A DNA stretch of 64,000 nt. Source: Ancylonema sp. (Eukaryota). The stretch is taken from assembly GCA_050230475.1 (NCBI GenBank), contig JBFLGF010000007.1:62001-126000 (forward strand). Direction: 5' to 3'. The notes beneath the pieces were generated by a model. That model was not told where the DNA came from and did not search any database. It was given only the letters and a program-made list of their open reading frames with translations. The translations under genes were made by a program, and so were the position numbers. This document shows positions 36,726 to 48,396 of this stretch, in pieces; within the stretch, counting starts at the first letter, position 1; each line of letters starts with the position of its first letter.

Positions 36726-39649
36726 CAGATACCCAACCAAAAAAAATCGGGTGGAAGACTCCTGAGACGCAGACAAGTTACCTGGCTATGCAAGTAGACG
36801 ACTTGGCACGCCAACGCGAATTCGAAAACATGTCGCACCAGACAACACACTCTGAGGTAATTGACCATACCATTCCATGTCAATACCTCATGTCCACCAG
36901 ACGTTCACCACGGGTAGCTGCAAAAGAGTAGAAGAAACAAGCGGCCATTCAAAAACAAACTCAATTTCATGTTCATGTGGTCACTCTCAGCTCTGATATA
37001 GCCTCACCATCGGAATCCACCACAGATTATCACACTCCACCTGTCGATACACGTGTAGCTGAAACGCAAGTACCACCCTTGCCTGTAACTACACCAATTC
37101 ATTATCAATCTGATCCTGAACCAAGTAATTCTACCACTCCATACCCGGAACCTCACCCAGAGACATTGCTTGAACAACGAACAAGAGAGGGGGAGGATTA
37201 CGGTCGGAGACAGGGATACAGTACAAAAATGCCAGACTCATTTGTACCTGATTTTCCTAACATTTTGGAAGCTGGCACTACAAACATGAACCAGTTCCAT
37301 GATACTGCTGCTCCTCCACCCATGCCTCTACCACATGCACAAGCTCTTTATGACATGCTTCATGACCATGTCAATGTTTTGCGTGCACAAGTGCAGATCT
37401 CGCAGAAAAGGCATGGGACAATGCGGCTGCACTTGAGTTCCATGCAAGAACCTGCAGCCCAATACACCACCAGTCAGGATTTCACCACGTCCTCACTACG
37501 CAACTCTCAGGACACCAAATATGGTATTGCACTCCTTCGCAACAACCGCGGGGTGTTAACAATCATGAATGAGAAAACAAACAAGGTGGTAGTTGACAGT
37601 GGTGCCATCAAAACCATAATTGGCAGAATCATGGCATCCAAACTTGGAATCACACCAAACATGTTAAAACCTGGGACACCATACATCACCGCATCTGGTG
37701 CTCAAGAAATAAGTCTCGGTTCAACCAAGGAAAATTTTCCGATTACCATTGGCAGAGGCACACCCAATCCAACCACTATTTATATGGAACTTCACATGTC
37801 TCCATCCAGAGAATTCGATGTCTTACTCGGCAATGAAATTCTTGGACCCATTGGTGGATACTCTGACCCTTGGCAACATCTATTCTTTTTTAGTGTAGAT
37901 TGGGAAAGGGGTGGGTTATGCCTAGCATCTTTACCACTCACAGTCCGACTTCAATCCAACAAATTGGAAGTGTGTATGACAGACAGTGCGTCACCATCTC
38001 TGACCCTCACACCTGAGGATCGTGCTGCAGCTCTCCAAGAGAAGGAGAAGAAGGCCCAAGCATACCAATCTGCCAGAGACAGTGAATTTGCACGTGTCAA
38101 CCCACGCCGTTCCATTCAATTCGGCGCTCAACCAGAGGATGCCGTCTTGCCTACCTTACCACCGATCAAAGTGGCAGCAAGTGATTATGAGGATAACTAT
38201 CCCCCTACACCTGGCTCCAAACGCATTGACCCTCCACCTGAGTTCACAACGGACTATGGGGAATCACAAACAACTACAGATACACCTCACCAATCAGCAG
38301 TACGCAAACGACAGTATGCTGAAATCGAGGACAAAATCAAGCGCAAGTGTATTCCTGCAACACTTGAACAAGCGGAGTTCATAGATTTCAACCAACCCAT
38401 CTCATCTCGAAGCAGTATGTGTCAGACATTCTTTCGCGCTACTGGATTAGAAGAAACTCCTACTCCTATGGAATTAGATACATCAACCATTCCATCGACA
38501 GACATTCCAACCAATCCCACATCACCTCAACATTTTCTACCTGACACTCAGTTCGTTTTAACCATTCCTTCTGATACAGACCTTCCTCGAGATGACGATG
38601 ACACCTTCAAACCAGATGAGCTACACGAGCTCACGGAGGACGAATTGCGAGACCGTTACCACACTATGATCTCGCTACAAAAACGTTTTCAAGCAGTCGC
38701 ATTCAAAATGGCCAAAACAGAGGCACACGCAACGATTAAACGCAGAATCGCACAACTCATAAAGGAACAAGAGTCGGTGCTTATTTGTAAGGATGTGCAA
38801 GCAAAACTCGACATCGCCGCAGCTCGGGAGGAGGAAAAGGGCAAATGGATCCAGCAGTATGATCTTCTAGTGGACAAATTGCATTCCCAATTGGAAGACA
38901 AGATGCAAGACCTGGTCAAACTTCACACAACGCACCTCCAAGAAGTTCGCCAAGAAGCTGTTCGTCTAGAACAGAGGCTGCATATGGAAATCGGCAAGAA
39001 TGTGCTGCGAGGAGAACAGTCAGCAACAATTCCCAGTTCCTCACCCACCAGCTGTGCACCCTCCACATCCATCAGTCCTGCACCTTCTCTTGCTGCAAGC
39101 ACCCCTACTCAACCAGGGGGTGATACCGTGGACACCTCGGAGGCCGTAAAACTTCCTACAACTGCTGCGCGCAAACGAGAGGCATACTTCACTCAACCAA
39201 TTTCCCCGAGTGAAGTACGACCCGCCAACCAGCAGCGCATGCAGTCAGCATCCCCAACCGCGGCAACGCATCGAATAGAGAGCTACTTGATGGATAGTCG
39301 GCGGTCTACACCTACAACTCCCAGCTCTTCATCCCAGCTACCCATGACGGAGGATTCGGGACAACCCATCGTCTGGGCAATGGAAAGGGAGGCTGTGAAG
39401 AACAAGTCACTCGGTGCATACGCACACCTCCGTGAACCCAAAGATAAACCCGATGTTGATCAACGCCTGGCACGCACAAATACGAGTGTGTCATATTTTA
39501 CCTTTCGCCAACCATTCGTTCGACCGGCTATGGCGCATCTCCTCAACATGGGTGCCATCCCGAAGGCCTTCTCCGGAGCAGATCGCAGCAAGTTGGCAGA
39601 TTCCATCTACGCGCCAAGTATCCTGCATTATGGAGACGCGCACTACTAA
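36726..39649 (+). pseudogene. Host polyprotein continuation: retropepsin-like aspartic protease plus long linker/coiled coil
   Basis: VVVDSGAIKTIIG (DSG at 37595), YITASG, FDVLLGNEIL. In frame with Gag once copia 2 and one CAGAT are removed. One TAG at 36929-36931. Confidence 0.8.
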
Positions 39650-39697
39650 ACCATCACGCGAAATGGTCAAACTCATCTCAGGGAGGCACACCTCAAA

Positions 39698-40789
39698 ATG
39701 CAACATGACTACCAACCAATCCAACCTGCCATCACTTGGGCAAGTCCCACATTTCAAGGTGCATACGCACTTCCTCGCACCATCATCTCCACGCAGCCAG
39801 CGTCTGAGGCACGTGGCTTGCACATCTACATCCCCTTCGGTAACCTGGAAATTGTGGAGATCTGTCTCGAGGGAGGCTCCATCGTTTCCCACGTCACACC
39901 GCAGACGGAGTGCATCTACACCAAAAACCGCGATCGCCAGAAGCTGCGCCAACTTCAACTCCACTTTCCAGACCAGCTGCCGAACTCTGCGATCGAACAT
40001 TGCGATGAAATCCCGTCTACCAGCATCACCGACATGACAACAGCGCAGATGGACGCACTCTTCCGTCAGAAAGGCCCCTTCGACGTGGTCGGTGGTAACT
40101 ATCATACGGAAGTGGAGCGCACTTATAACCCTCTTCGTGGCGGTCAAGACCATCGTCTCGCTCCACTCCTCGCTGTCATCAAATGGATACACTACAACGC
40201 TCAGCTCGCAAAATTCGACCCACTGCACATTTTCTACACCCACATCGGCACACCTGAGTACCCTCCTTGGGTGAACGACTTGTACAACGTGGCACGTGCA
40301 CTCCTTGGCAACGTTGCAGAGCTCCAACCACTCGAGTTCTCAGGCAATGTACATCGCCCAACCCGGGTGTGGACCAACTGCATTACGCCACGCGAGCTCG
40401 AACTTGCGCACCCTACCTGGCAGACCCAAGAGCTGCTGCAGAACCTTCTGCAACCGGGGCACACCGCACAAATCATGACTCTTCCCGACCTGGTGAATCA
40501 CAAACTCAACCGCATGGGCAACCGCCTGGCTGTGTCCTTACCTTTGGACATGCGACTATACACTGCGATCGGATGGACGACCCGGCATCGGGATGCTGTT
40601 CGATGCACCATCTCAGTAGTACGTGCCACCTCCTTCATTCGAGATCGAGCAAGCTCTTGGACGACCTGTGTATCCCACACAGCTCATGGTCGCATCACCG
40701 ACGGCATGCGCGCCTCTCACCTGGGCCACATGATGGATGGACGACTCATCATGTTCCTGGTGGAAATCCTCCAAGGCACCAAACCATAG
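39698..40789 (+). CDS. C5 cytosine DNA methyltransferase-like domain, catalytically degenerate, in frame with the upstream ORF across one TAA
   Basis: Ordered motif remnants: IYIPFGNLE (motif I position), LRQLQLHFPDQLPNSA, SITDMT..GPFDVVGGNY (motif IV position, no PC), FSGNVHRPTRVWTN (motif VIII, cf. HRARYFWGN of DNMT3), RASHLGHMMD (motif X). Confidence 0.65.
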   Translation: MQHDYQPIQPAITWASPTFQGAYALPRTIISTQPASEARGLHIYIPFGNLEIVEICLEGGSIVSHVTPQTECIYTKNRDRQKLRQLQLHFPDQLPNSAIEHCDEIPSTSITDMTTAQMDALFRQKGPFDVVGGNYHTEVERTYNPLRGGQDHRLAPLLAVIKWIHYNAQLAKFDPLHIFYTHIGTPEYPPWVNDLYNVARALLGNVAELQPLEFSGNVHRPTRVWTNCITPRELELAHPTWQTQELLQNLLQPGHTAQIMTLPDLVNHKLNRMGNRLAVSLPLDMRLYTAIGWTTRHRDAVRCTISVVRATSFIRDRASSWTTCVSHTAHGRITDGMRASHLGHMMDGRLIMFLVEILQGTKP

Positions 40790-41700
40790 GAATCACCCCT
40801 CACCTCGGAACAAAGTTATTTGCCAACCTCAACTCTGGGGGGGAGGGACACTAGATCCTCTGGTCAACAGTTTTCAACCAATCCTGTCACACCACACGGA
40901 CGGAACAAATCCAAATTAAGAATTCAAAGTCAAAACCAATCTACGGGCAAACCCACTACAGTCCAAGGTCAACCAAACAATTTAGGACCTCACATGGTAT
41001 CGAAACTCGGTCCACGACCACGGTGCTCAAATTCAGCTAAACCAACCAAATTAAGGCCTAAAAACTCACCGGTCAAACTTGATCTTCCTGGTCCACGACA
41101 TTCTGGTCTCCGGCCTTTACCTGGTCAACAGAGTAACACTCGGAATCAGCCTACAACCATCCCAGACCTACCAACCATCACTTGGATATCAAACAAACCA
41201 AGACGACAATCTCAACCAACATCTCATGCTGCCTCTTACCACACGAGGAAACACCAACAAAAACAGCATGACGATTTCTCTTTCATCAACCACACTTTTC
41301 AATATCAACCATCGGAACCAACTTCAGTACCACCTGTACAACTACATTTTTCTTTATCACCATATTCTACCTCACTATCCACAATCTCGGACTCTCTCAG
41401 CATACCAGATAGTCTACCAGACTTGCTGGAAGTACCATCTCCCCAAGATTATGAACATACCGTTTATACATATTTGGATGATTCTACCATTCCTCCCTAT
41501 ACTCAGGGATCTGCACTTGACCCTCATGCATTGTTCGCATTATTAAGGACACGATTACCTTCTACTGGTAATCCTGTCTTACCTTCACCTTCCACTTCAA
41601 CCACTCAACCACGGCATACTTTTGTCATGTTCTTATACAACCTCGTCTGCTGCTGTTTCCCAGCTCCTTCACAAGCGTTCCACAGCTGGAGGGGAGGGAG

Positions 41701-41886
41701 TGTGAGCAGCCGGACCACCAAGTCCACCTTCGATCACCTTCGAACGACATCGATACCAACCCAGTCAACATCATCGTTACTCCACCGCGAGCATTACCAC
41801 ATGCATCATTTTGAGAAACATCCGGGAACAAAGGTCACAAAGTATGAAGAACATCATTTTAGGCGGCCGACTCCAAACAGCACGTC
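41701..41886 (+). repeat. Repeat B, copy 1 (starts TG immediately after the PPT)
   Basis: Near-identical to 43047-43244 (atcaccttcgaacgacatcgataccaacccagtcaacatc...ggcggccgactccaa). Confidence 0.9.
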
Positions 41887-41889
41887 GGC

Positions 41890-43046
41890 TGTCATGACGC
41901 TACAGATCGCTAAGGCGAAACCCCTCTAGATTGATCGGAAACCTCTCTAGATTAATACTCTGCTATAACGAGAGTATTCGATATAACGACTTTTCTAGAA
42001 TTAGTACCTTGCTGAGAAAATAGTGAAGTACGAAATTTGTACGACTTGAAAATAATGCGTGGCGTATTTTGCGAAGTCTAGAATCCAGCAGTCTTCAACA
42101 AATAGCTGCGTGTCGATTTTGTTAAAATCACAAGTCCCTTTCGACTTGTCGATAATCCCGGCGATTAAATCCAGCCGTAGAACTAGAGGAATATCTCGCG
42201 GAGATTAATTGTAATGTTCTAGTCGCTATCTTCGACAGTTTGCCAGCCTGTCGCCGCTATCTTCGACAATTTAACTATAGTTAACTATGCCGGTTAGCAC
42301 CGCGCAACAACTTTGTTAAAAGAAAAATCGTACTTGCAGATCTGCCAGCTTCCGCTGTCAAATTGCGTTGTTAAGAAATCCCTTCCAACAATCTTTTTGT
42401 GTTATCTGAATCCATTGCAATTCTGTGAATATTGCATCCCTTCGCTTACGCGACTTCGCAACGTGCTCGTCTTCCGATTGAGCCTGACATCCGTCAGCCA
42501 GCCGGTAAGATTGCAAATATCATTCTTTGCAATCTGTGTGTGTGTGTATTTTGATCTGATTCATCTGAATTTGTTGCTGACGCTCTTTTTGAGCCAGCTT
42601 GTTAATCGATTGTAATTTCTTACATCGATTCGATGACGCTCTCTCTGAACCAGTGTGTGAAAAGCATCTGTCGATTTGCGTGTGTTCGCTCCCGCGTTTG
42701 CTCCGAACCGGCATTTTCATTTGTGTGTGTGTGTTTGCTGTCGTTCGCTCCGAGCCAGCATTTATTGTTTACACGTATCTGTTGACGCTCTTTCTGAGCC
42801 ACCATATTTTATCGACGCGCCGTCGATACTTTGCTTTCGCACCGAAAGTAACTCTTACGGTTGTTAACCTTGATAGTCTGCACCATACTATCTTGTTTGC
42901 TTTGTAGTATTTTCACATACTTTTGTACTATATATCATCTGTTAGCTCGCCCTCGGCGTTAAATAGTGAATTTCACCAGACCGCTGAGACGTGTGATAGA
43001 TATAATATTGATATCTCAGCAGAGACTCAATCTGCAGTACTACTTA
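41890..43046 (+). repeat. Repeat A, full copy (~1.16 kb, TGTCATGACG...TACTACTTA)
   Basis: 5' end matches 63629-63705 and 3' end matches 24074-24207. Contains internal TGACGCTCT..TGARCCA repeats and TG runs. Confidence 0.75.
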
Positions 43047-43497
43047 GTGAGAGCAGCCGGACGACCGCCAACCACCTGAGACCCTTCGCAATCACCTTCG
43101 AACGACATCGATACCAACCCAGTCAACATCATCGTTACTCCACCGCGAGCATTACCACATGCATCATTTTGAGAAACATCCGGTAACAAAGGTCACAAAG
43201 TATGAAGAATATCATTTTAGGCGGCCGACTCCAACCAGCACGTCAGTGCTGCCTGGTCAAAGATCTACTGATATCGAAACTACTTAGTCAACTGCCAATC
43301 ATATCTAAGCATTTCGCCACATCAACTTGGTCGTAACCACGCTTCAGCCACATGGCCAAGCATGTCTATGTAATCATTGGACATCGGCCTGTAGCAGGCT
43401 TGCACCCTGCATTTTGCTGAATAACGACAAAACTAAAGCTAAATTCCCGGTATCCCTAAAATCGATATAACGACAAAAGTTCACAGACCCTAAAAAC
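43047..43497 (+). repeat. Repeat B, copy 2, extending into sequence shared with 10500-10727
   Basis: First ~200 bp match 41701-41886. 43256-43497 is similar to 10500-10727. Confidence 0.8.
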
Positions 43498-44734
43498 TAA
43501 CACAAGAAACGTATATGTTCTCTTCTTTTTGATACATTTTCGTCTCGGAACATTTTTCCGTCCCGAGGTAACATCAAGGGTTGACACCCCGGAATTCGTT
43601 GTGCGCGTTTGTTTCTTCTGGCACGAATATTATAATGATTTACAAATACCGACTACTTTGTTACTTGCTATGAATCCGGATCCATTTGAATCCAAAATCC
43701 TTAAATGTGACAATGAATCGCTTACGAAAGTTGATAGAGCCATCCGCTAAGCACCTAGTTAGCTAAACTACATGGCCAAGAAACGTTATGAAAATGACCG
43801 TTTATAACAATGACAGTGTGAGGTGAAGACACCTGAAATAGATATAACAACATACTTATTTGTAAGATTAGAAAAGACCGAGGGGAAGAAACTTGTCCTA
43901 TCAATTCAAAATGGTGATACGGCTATGATTGGCGATAATGTACTTCCGTTGTGTGTAAAGAACCGTCCTCTATCCATTCAACACGGAAAAACAGGTTTCT
44001 ACAAATCAGTACGACATATGTTGATAGCGATGGCGTTGGTGGATAAGTTTTTTTTTAATACGTAATACACCCATTCAACGACACTATGCAAACATTACTC
44101 AATTCTAGAGTACATGAAAAATGAGTTACGTAAGCTCAGTTCACGAGTGTTTGATGCCACGGAATAATTCTTATTATATGTAGTTTGATTAACGCAAACG
44201 ACATAAATAAAAAATGTGGCACAACTATATTGACGAGGTGCGAGTTTTTATAAATAAAAATGCAATAATTATCTTTTATGAGATTATGATAATGCTTGTC
44301 ATATGACATTACATGTTCACCCGATTTATTCGCACACGGATGTAAAAGCAATGTAAAAGCAATGTCATAGAATCACGATGCCGTATATGTTATCATCTGC
44401 CCTTGCGCAATGTTTCATATTTCACTTGTACTACCTTCCATATGAGGAACAATCATCATATACCCAAAACACCAATAACCACAAAAAAATTATTCCTCAC
44501 AACATATCAACAAGACACCGTCCAAGACACGTATATGCTTCTCTTACTCGCATCACAACCTTGCTATTTACACAAAAAAATAAAATACAAGTGTACAAAA
44601 CGGGCCGTACTGAAGTTCACAAAAGAAAATTGTACTGAAGTTGACATATAATTTGATTATCTCAATTGAAAATCATTGTGTCAACCTGAGAGTCAAATCT
44701 TTCCTCAATTTACATGCCGTACGCCCTTCCAAAT

Positions 44735-46106
44735 TCAGGATCTCGAGACATGATCTCCAACCCTGACAATATTCCCATCAATGTCACGCAAAAATTCCGA
44801 CGTCTGTCCCCATGGCTTGGCTTCGGGCTCCGCAACAATAGTAGCTCCGGCCTCTTTTGCACGCTGCAAAAGTGGCGGGAGAAAATATATAAACATCTCA
44901 TCATCTTCTGCAACTTCAGTCGTACACGACTGAAGGGTATTCAGAGCAGCTTCTCTTCCAAATACATTATGGTGGTTATGCTTCTCTGAACCTGAGGTTC
45001 GTCAGATTATCTACTCAACAACCACATACTAACAGGAAACAAAAGAGACCTACTTTGATCAGAGAATCTCTTCCCAATGTCAGAGTCAAAGAAGACACAC
45101 AGATAGGATTTATGAACAGGTAACATCACCTTGAAGGCCACATCAACATCATCCACAGTGATGGCTATCTCCATATTTCCTTGACTATCCGGAGAGTCCG
45201 CCCCGCCCCGCAACTTCACCTCACGCTGATCCAAAGGCGTCATGGCAAGGGTGGTAGGCCCAGTATCGACTTCAGCCCACCTGAACACATAATCAGCAGC
45301 CGAGCTAAGAAAACTCAGTGCCTCACAAATATGGGTCTTCACTTTTCAACTGTTCGCTCATGAGAAACACAAATCATCGTGTACAAGGTAGAGGAATGAC
45401 ACACAAACTTCCGAGACATACACGAAAGGGTTCTTTTGTGTAGAGAACCGATTTGTTCGAAGGAATCAGATATTCGATGACACTCGCATGAAGGTGCGAC
45501 TATATCTAATGCTCCAAACCAAGTAAACTCTCCTTCCATGGGAGAAAAGGTCAGTGACGATTGAGGGACACGACACATTGTCTAGTTTTTCTCCACCGAT
45601 AACCACTCTGTTTACTGATATTTTCAGTTCAAAACATACGGAGATTAACGTTTCGGGGCGAGTTCAAGGTTCACGATTTACTTCTGGGACTCGTCCATGA
45701 CTCGTAGGGTCAGCCCAAAAGCCTTCTGATAAAATTCGACAGACTTCGTCACATCCGGAACATAAAGAACGGTATACGCCAGTCGAGCACCGATGCTAGT
45801 GCCAAGAGAATTCGCTCCTGAATCAATTGCCATGGTTGTGATAAATTTGCGGATTGCTGGTCTGATAAAACAGGGACGCTGATGTGCAAATATGAAGCTT
45901 AACGAAGACAAAGATGTTGAAGCGTCTCTGTAAGGCCGGGCCGACGGTGGCTGCTGTGAAATACTCAGGGATGTGCTCAGGGATGTTGTCAGAAACTGAG
46001 AGACTCGTTCAGAGTGGGAAAACGATGCAGAAAGCTGATCGGCCTGCGATTGCTTACCTGTGAAAACTGCAGACGAACAGATAGCTTGTCGCTGGAGGCT
46101 ATCCAT
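44735..46106 (-). CDS. Glyoxalase I-like / VOC superfamily protein, 3 exons
   Basis: LAYTVLYVPDVTKSVEFYQKAFG | WAEVDTGPTTLA...DDVDVAFK | RAKEAGATIVAEPEAKPWGQTSEFLRDIDGNIVRVG. Stop at 44735-44737. Confidence 0.9.
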
Positions 46107-46200
46107 GATTTTGAAGCACTATGCAGGCCGCTGGACGTAGAAGACAGGGAAATCAGCCGAAGCCCAGATTCACTGCTTCAACTGGGAAGGGGGGGCAGCG

Positions 46201-46343
46201 CACGTGGCACCCCCGTCGACGTGGCTCAAATTCCTGATGAACTTTCCGCTGACTTGGACATAATCCGACTCGACTTGTTTCTTCGTAGCCAGATACGTTA
46301 TGGAATTGCCAAGTCAATACAACACAACACGTGGCAACACGTG
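46201..46343. promoter_or_regulatory. Cluster of ABRE/G-box motifs in a divergent promoter
   Basis: ACGTGGC at 46202, 46219 and 46329, plus CACGTG at 46338. Confidence 0.5.
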
Positions 46344-46625
46344 CAAGAATTCTATATCTATCTCCAACGATATTAAATTGTGAAACCCTGCGCGTGAGCG
46401 CGCTGCGGATGTCTGACATCTATGATGAGCTGGCTTTCGAAATCAGCTGAGCTGGCTTCCCCATTTTCGACTGAGAGCTGTCTTGAACGATTGTATGCCT
46501 TCTGCAGATGCGATTTGTAGGTTACTCTGACGTGACAATCAGCTGACGCTTCAGTCCGGCGTGATTTGTTCCAACATCATTTGCTCCTCTTTCGAAGACT
46601 CAACAGAATTGAATTTTAGCGTGCG

Positions 46626-48396
46626 ATGGCGGCCAACAAAACAGTAGAAGTGGTGACGGGCCTAGACCTGTCTCGTTACATGGGCCGATGGTATCAAATT
46701 GCCTGTATGCCTTCGAAATTCCAGCCAACTGACGGAATCAACACACGCGCTACGTACACGCTAAAGGACGATGGGACCGTGGGCGTGTTGAATGAAACGT
46801 GGACTAATGGAAAGAGGGGCTTCATTGAAGTGAGCTTGCAGCTGACTTAAACATCACCAACAAGTACAGTATTTTTGTTTCTAGACCTTTTGATTGAACT
46901 CATCTGCACTCCTACAATGATCCCGGTATACAACTCCTCACGACATCTATGACTCAAGATTTCGTCTACTTTTTTGAAGTACCGGGCATTGAGTCTTCCC
47001 ATCTAGAAACCGCCACTGTATTGATTGGAACCAGAGCTGCTGTGCCGTAACATTTTTCTGCATACTCATGATTAGCTTGTTCCCAAAATTCATAACTATT
47101 ATGACTGGAATGGAATTTATCACAGAGAAGAAACTCGGAAAGAACATAGAAGACAGAAGCGAACAGGGAGGGAGGAAAGCAAGTACAGGAAGTCATTGTA
47201 ATTTTCTGAATCTTAAATTCCGCCGTTTGCTGTCGTATGAGTCACAGGTACAGCAAAACCTATGGCAGGGCTGAGTGCAATATTGGTGCATACCATTATT
47301 TCACAGGCCTCGCTTGTGTATGCTTTATCACAGACACGCTCAAGCGGGGATCAAAATTGATAATTTGATAACTTCTCCGGGGATCCAAATTCTACTCTTC
47401 CCGTTTCTTCGAGCTCGCATCAACCCCTTTGCCTACTGAGACAAGAGAAGAACTGTTCAGATAAACTCATCAAGTAAACTCATCAAGTGATATCAGTCCG
47501 TCCCTTTGTCCGCCAGGGTTCAGCGTGGAAAGTGGATCCCACCAGCGCTGAAGCCAAGCTGATGGTCCGCTTTTGGGTGCCTCCTTTCTTCCCCGTCATC
47601 CCCGTGAATGGTGACTATTGGGTGATGGATGTGGACAAGGAGGGGTATACGCACGCGTTGGTGGGGCAACCTTCGAGGAAGTTTCTTTGGGTCAGTGCAA
47701 AACCCCAGGTTAAAAACCAGGGTCGGGTTCAGAGTTCAGGAATCGTGGTAACTGAATCGTAAACCTTGTTCTAGGGGTTCTGCATCGGAGTTTGTTACTG
47801 AGCAATACGGATCTGTGAACCAGGAGTGTGTCTCTCCTGCGCTCCGCTGAGTATAATCTAAGTACTAATTTGTATGATATAGTGAACCCTCTCTATTGAC
47901 ACACCTTGGGCTGGGGTTTGATCCTTCCATTTAAAAAGGTGGATTTTCATCCAGGGTCCCTGAAAGACCTGATCTGGGTGACCAGCCACGGGGTTTTTGA
48001 GTCAGATACTTGCGTGTCTCCCTTCAATACCACAAAGTTTCCAGTCACCGCGAATTCCGCCACAAGTCTGCTATGCTGAATTTTCCAGTCTCTGCTCGTC
48101 GTGTCCTTTCTTCAAGGACTGCAAAAATGAAGGTTTTGATGTTTTTTGTCCTCGGGGGGAAGTTGTGTGTAGCATCTGAAGTGGCTATAACTCGATCTCT
48201 TTCATGTTTGCAGGTCTTGTCGCGCACACCTGAGATGAGTGAGGAGGTGTACTCTAGGCTCCTAGAGAAGGCAAAGGAACAAGGCTATGACACAAGGCTG
48301 CTCAAGAAGACGGAACATAGTGGGAAAGAGCCTCCCTCAGCAGCATCTGAGAGTGACGGAGGTGCATGGTGGTTGAAATCGTTATTTGGCAAGTAG
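46626..48396 (+). CDS. TIL: Temperature-induced lipocalin, 3 exons
   Basis: GLDLSRYMGRWYQIA, NTRATYTL, VLNETW, AKLMVRFWVPPFFPVIPVNGDYWV, ALVGQPSRKFLW|VLSRTP, C-terminal WWLKSLFGK. Confidence 0.95.

Larger units (their letters stand above)
24074..43497 (+). mobile_element. Host retroelement (Gag-protease-DNMT-like, no visible RT/IN) interrupted by two copia insertions
   Basis: Repeat A 3' end at 24074-24207 matches 42914-43046. Gag, protease and DNMT-like ORFs lie between. Polypurine tract GGAGGGGAGGGAG at 41688-41700, then repeats B, A, B. Confidence 0.75.

Noticed and set aside
39491..40854. Antisense ORF 39491-40327 and alternative-frame ORFs over the DNMT-like region
   Set aside because: No recognisable motifs; explained by the codon bias of the main frame.
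40820..41929. 369-aa ORF as a separate gene or env-like ORF
   Set aside because: Low-complexity C/A-rich sequence with a non-ATG start that runs through the PPT into repeat B. No domain recognised, though not fully excluded.
24074..43497. Calling the host element a bona fide DIRS/Ngaro element
   Set aside because: No tyrosine recombinase or RT motifs were found, and it has a protease and PPT. Only the repeat order fits.
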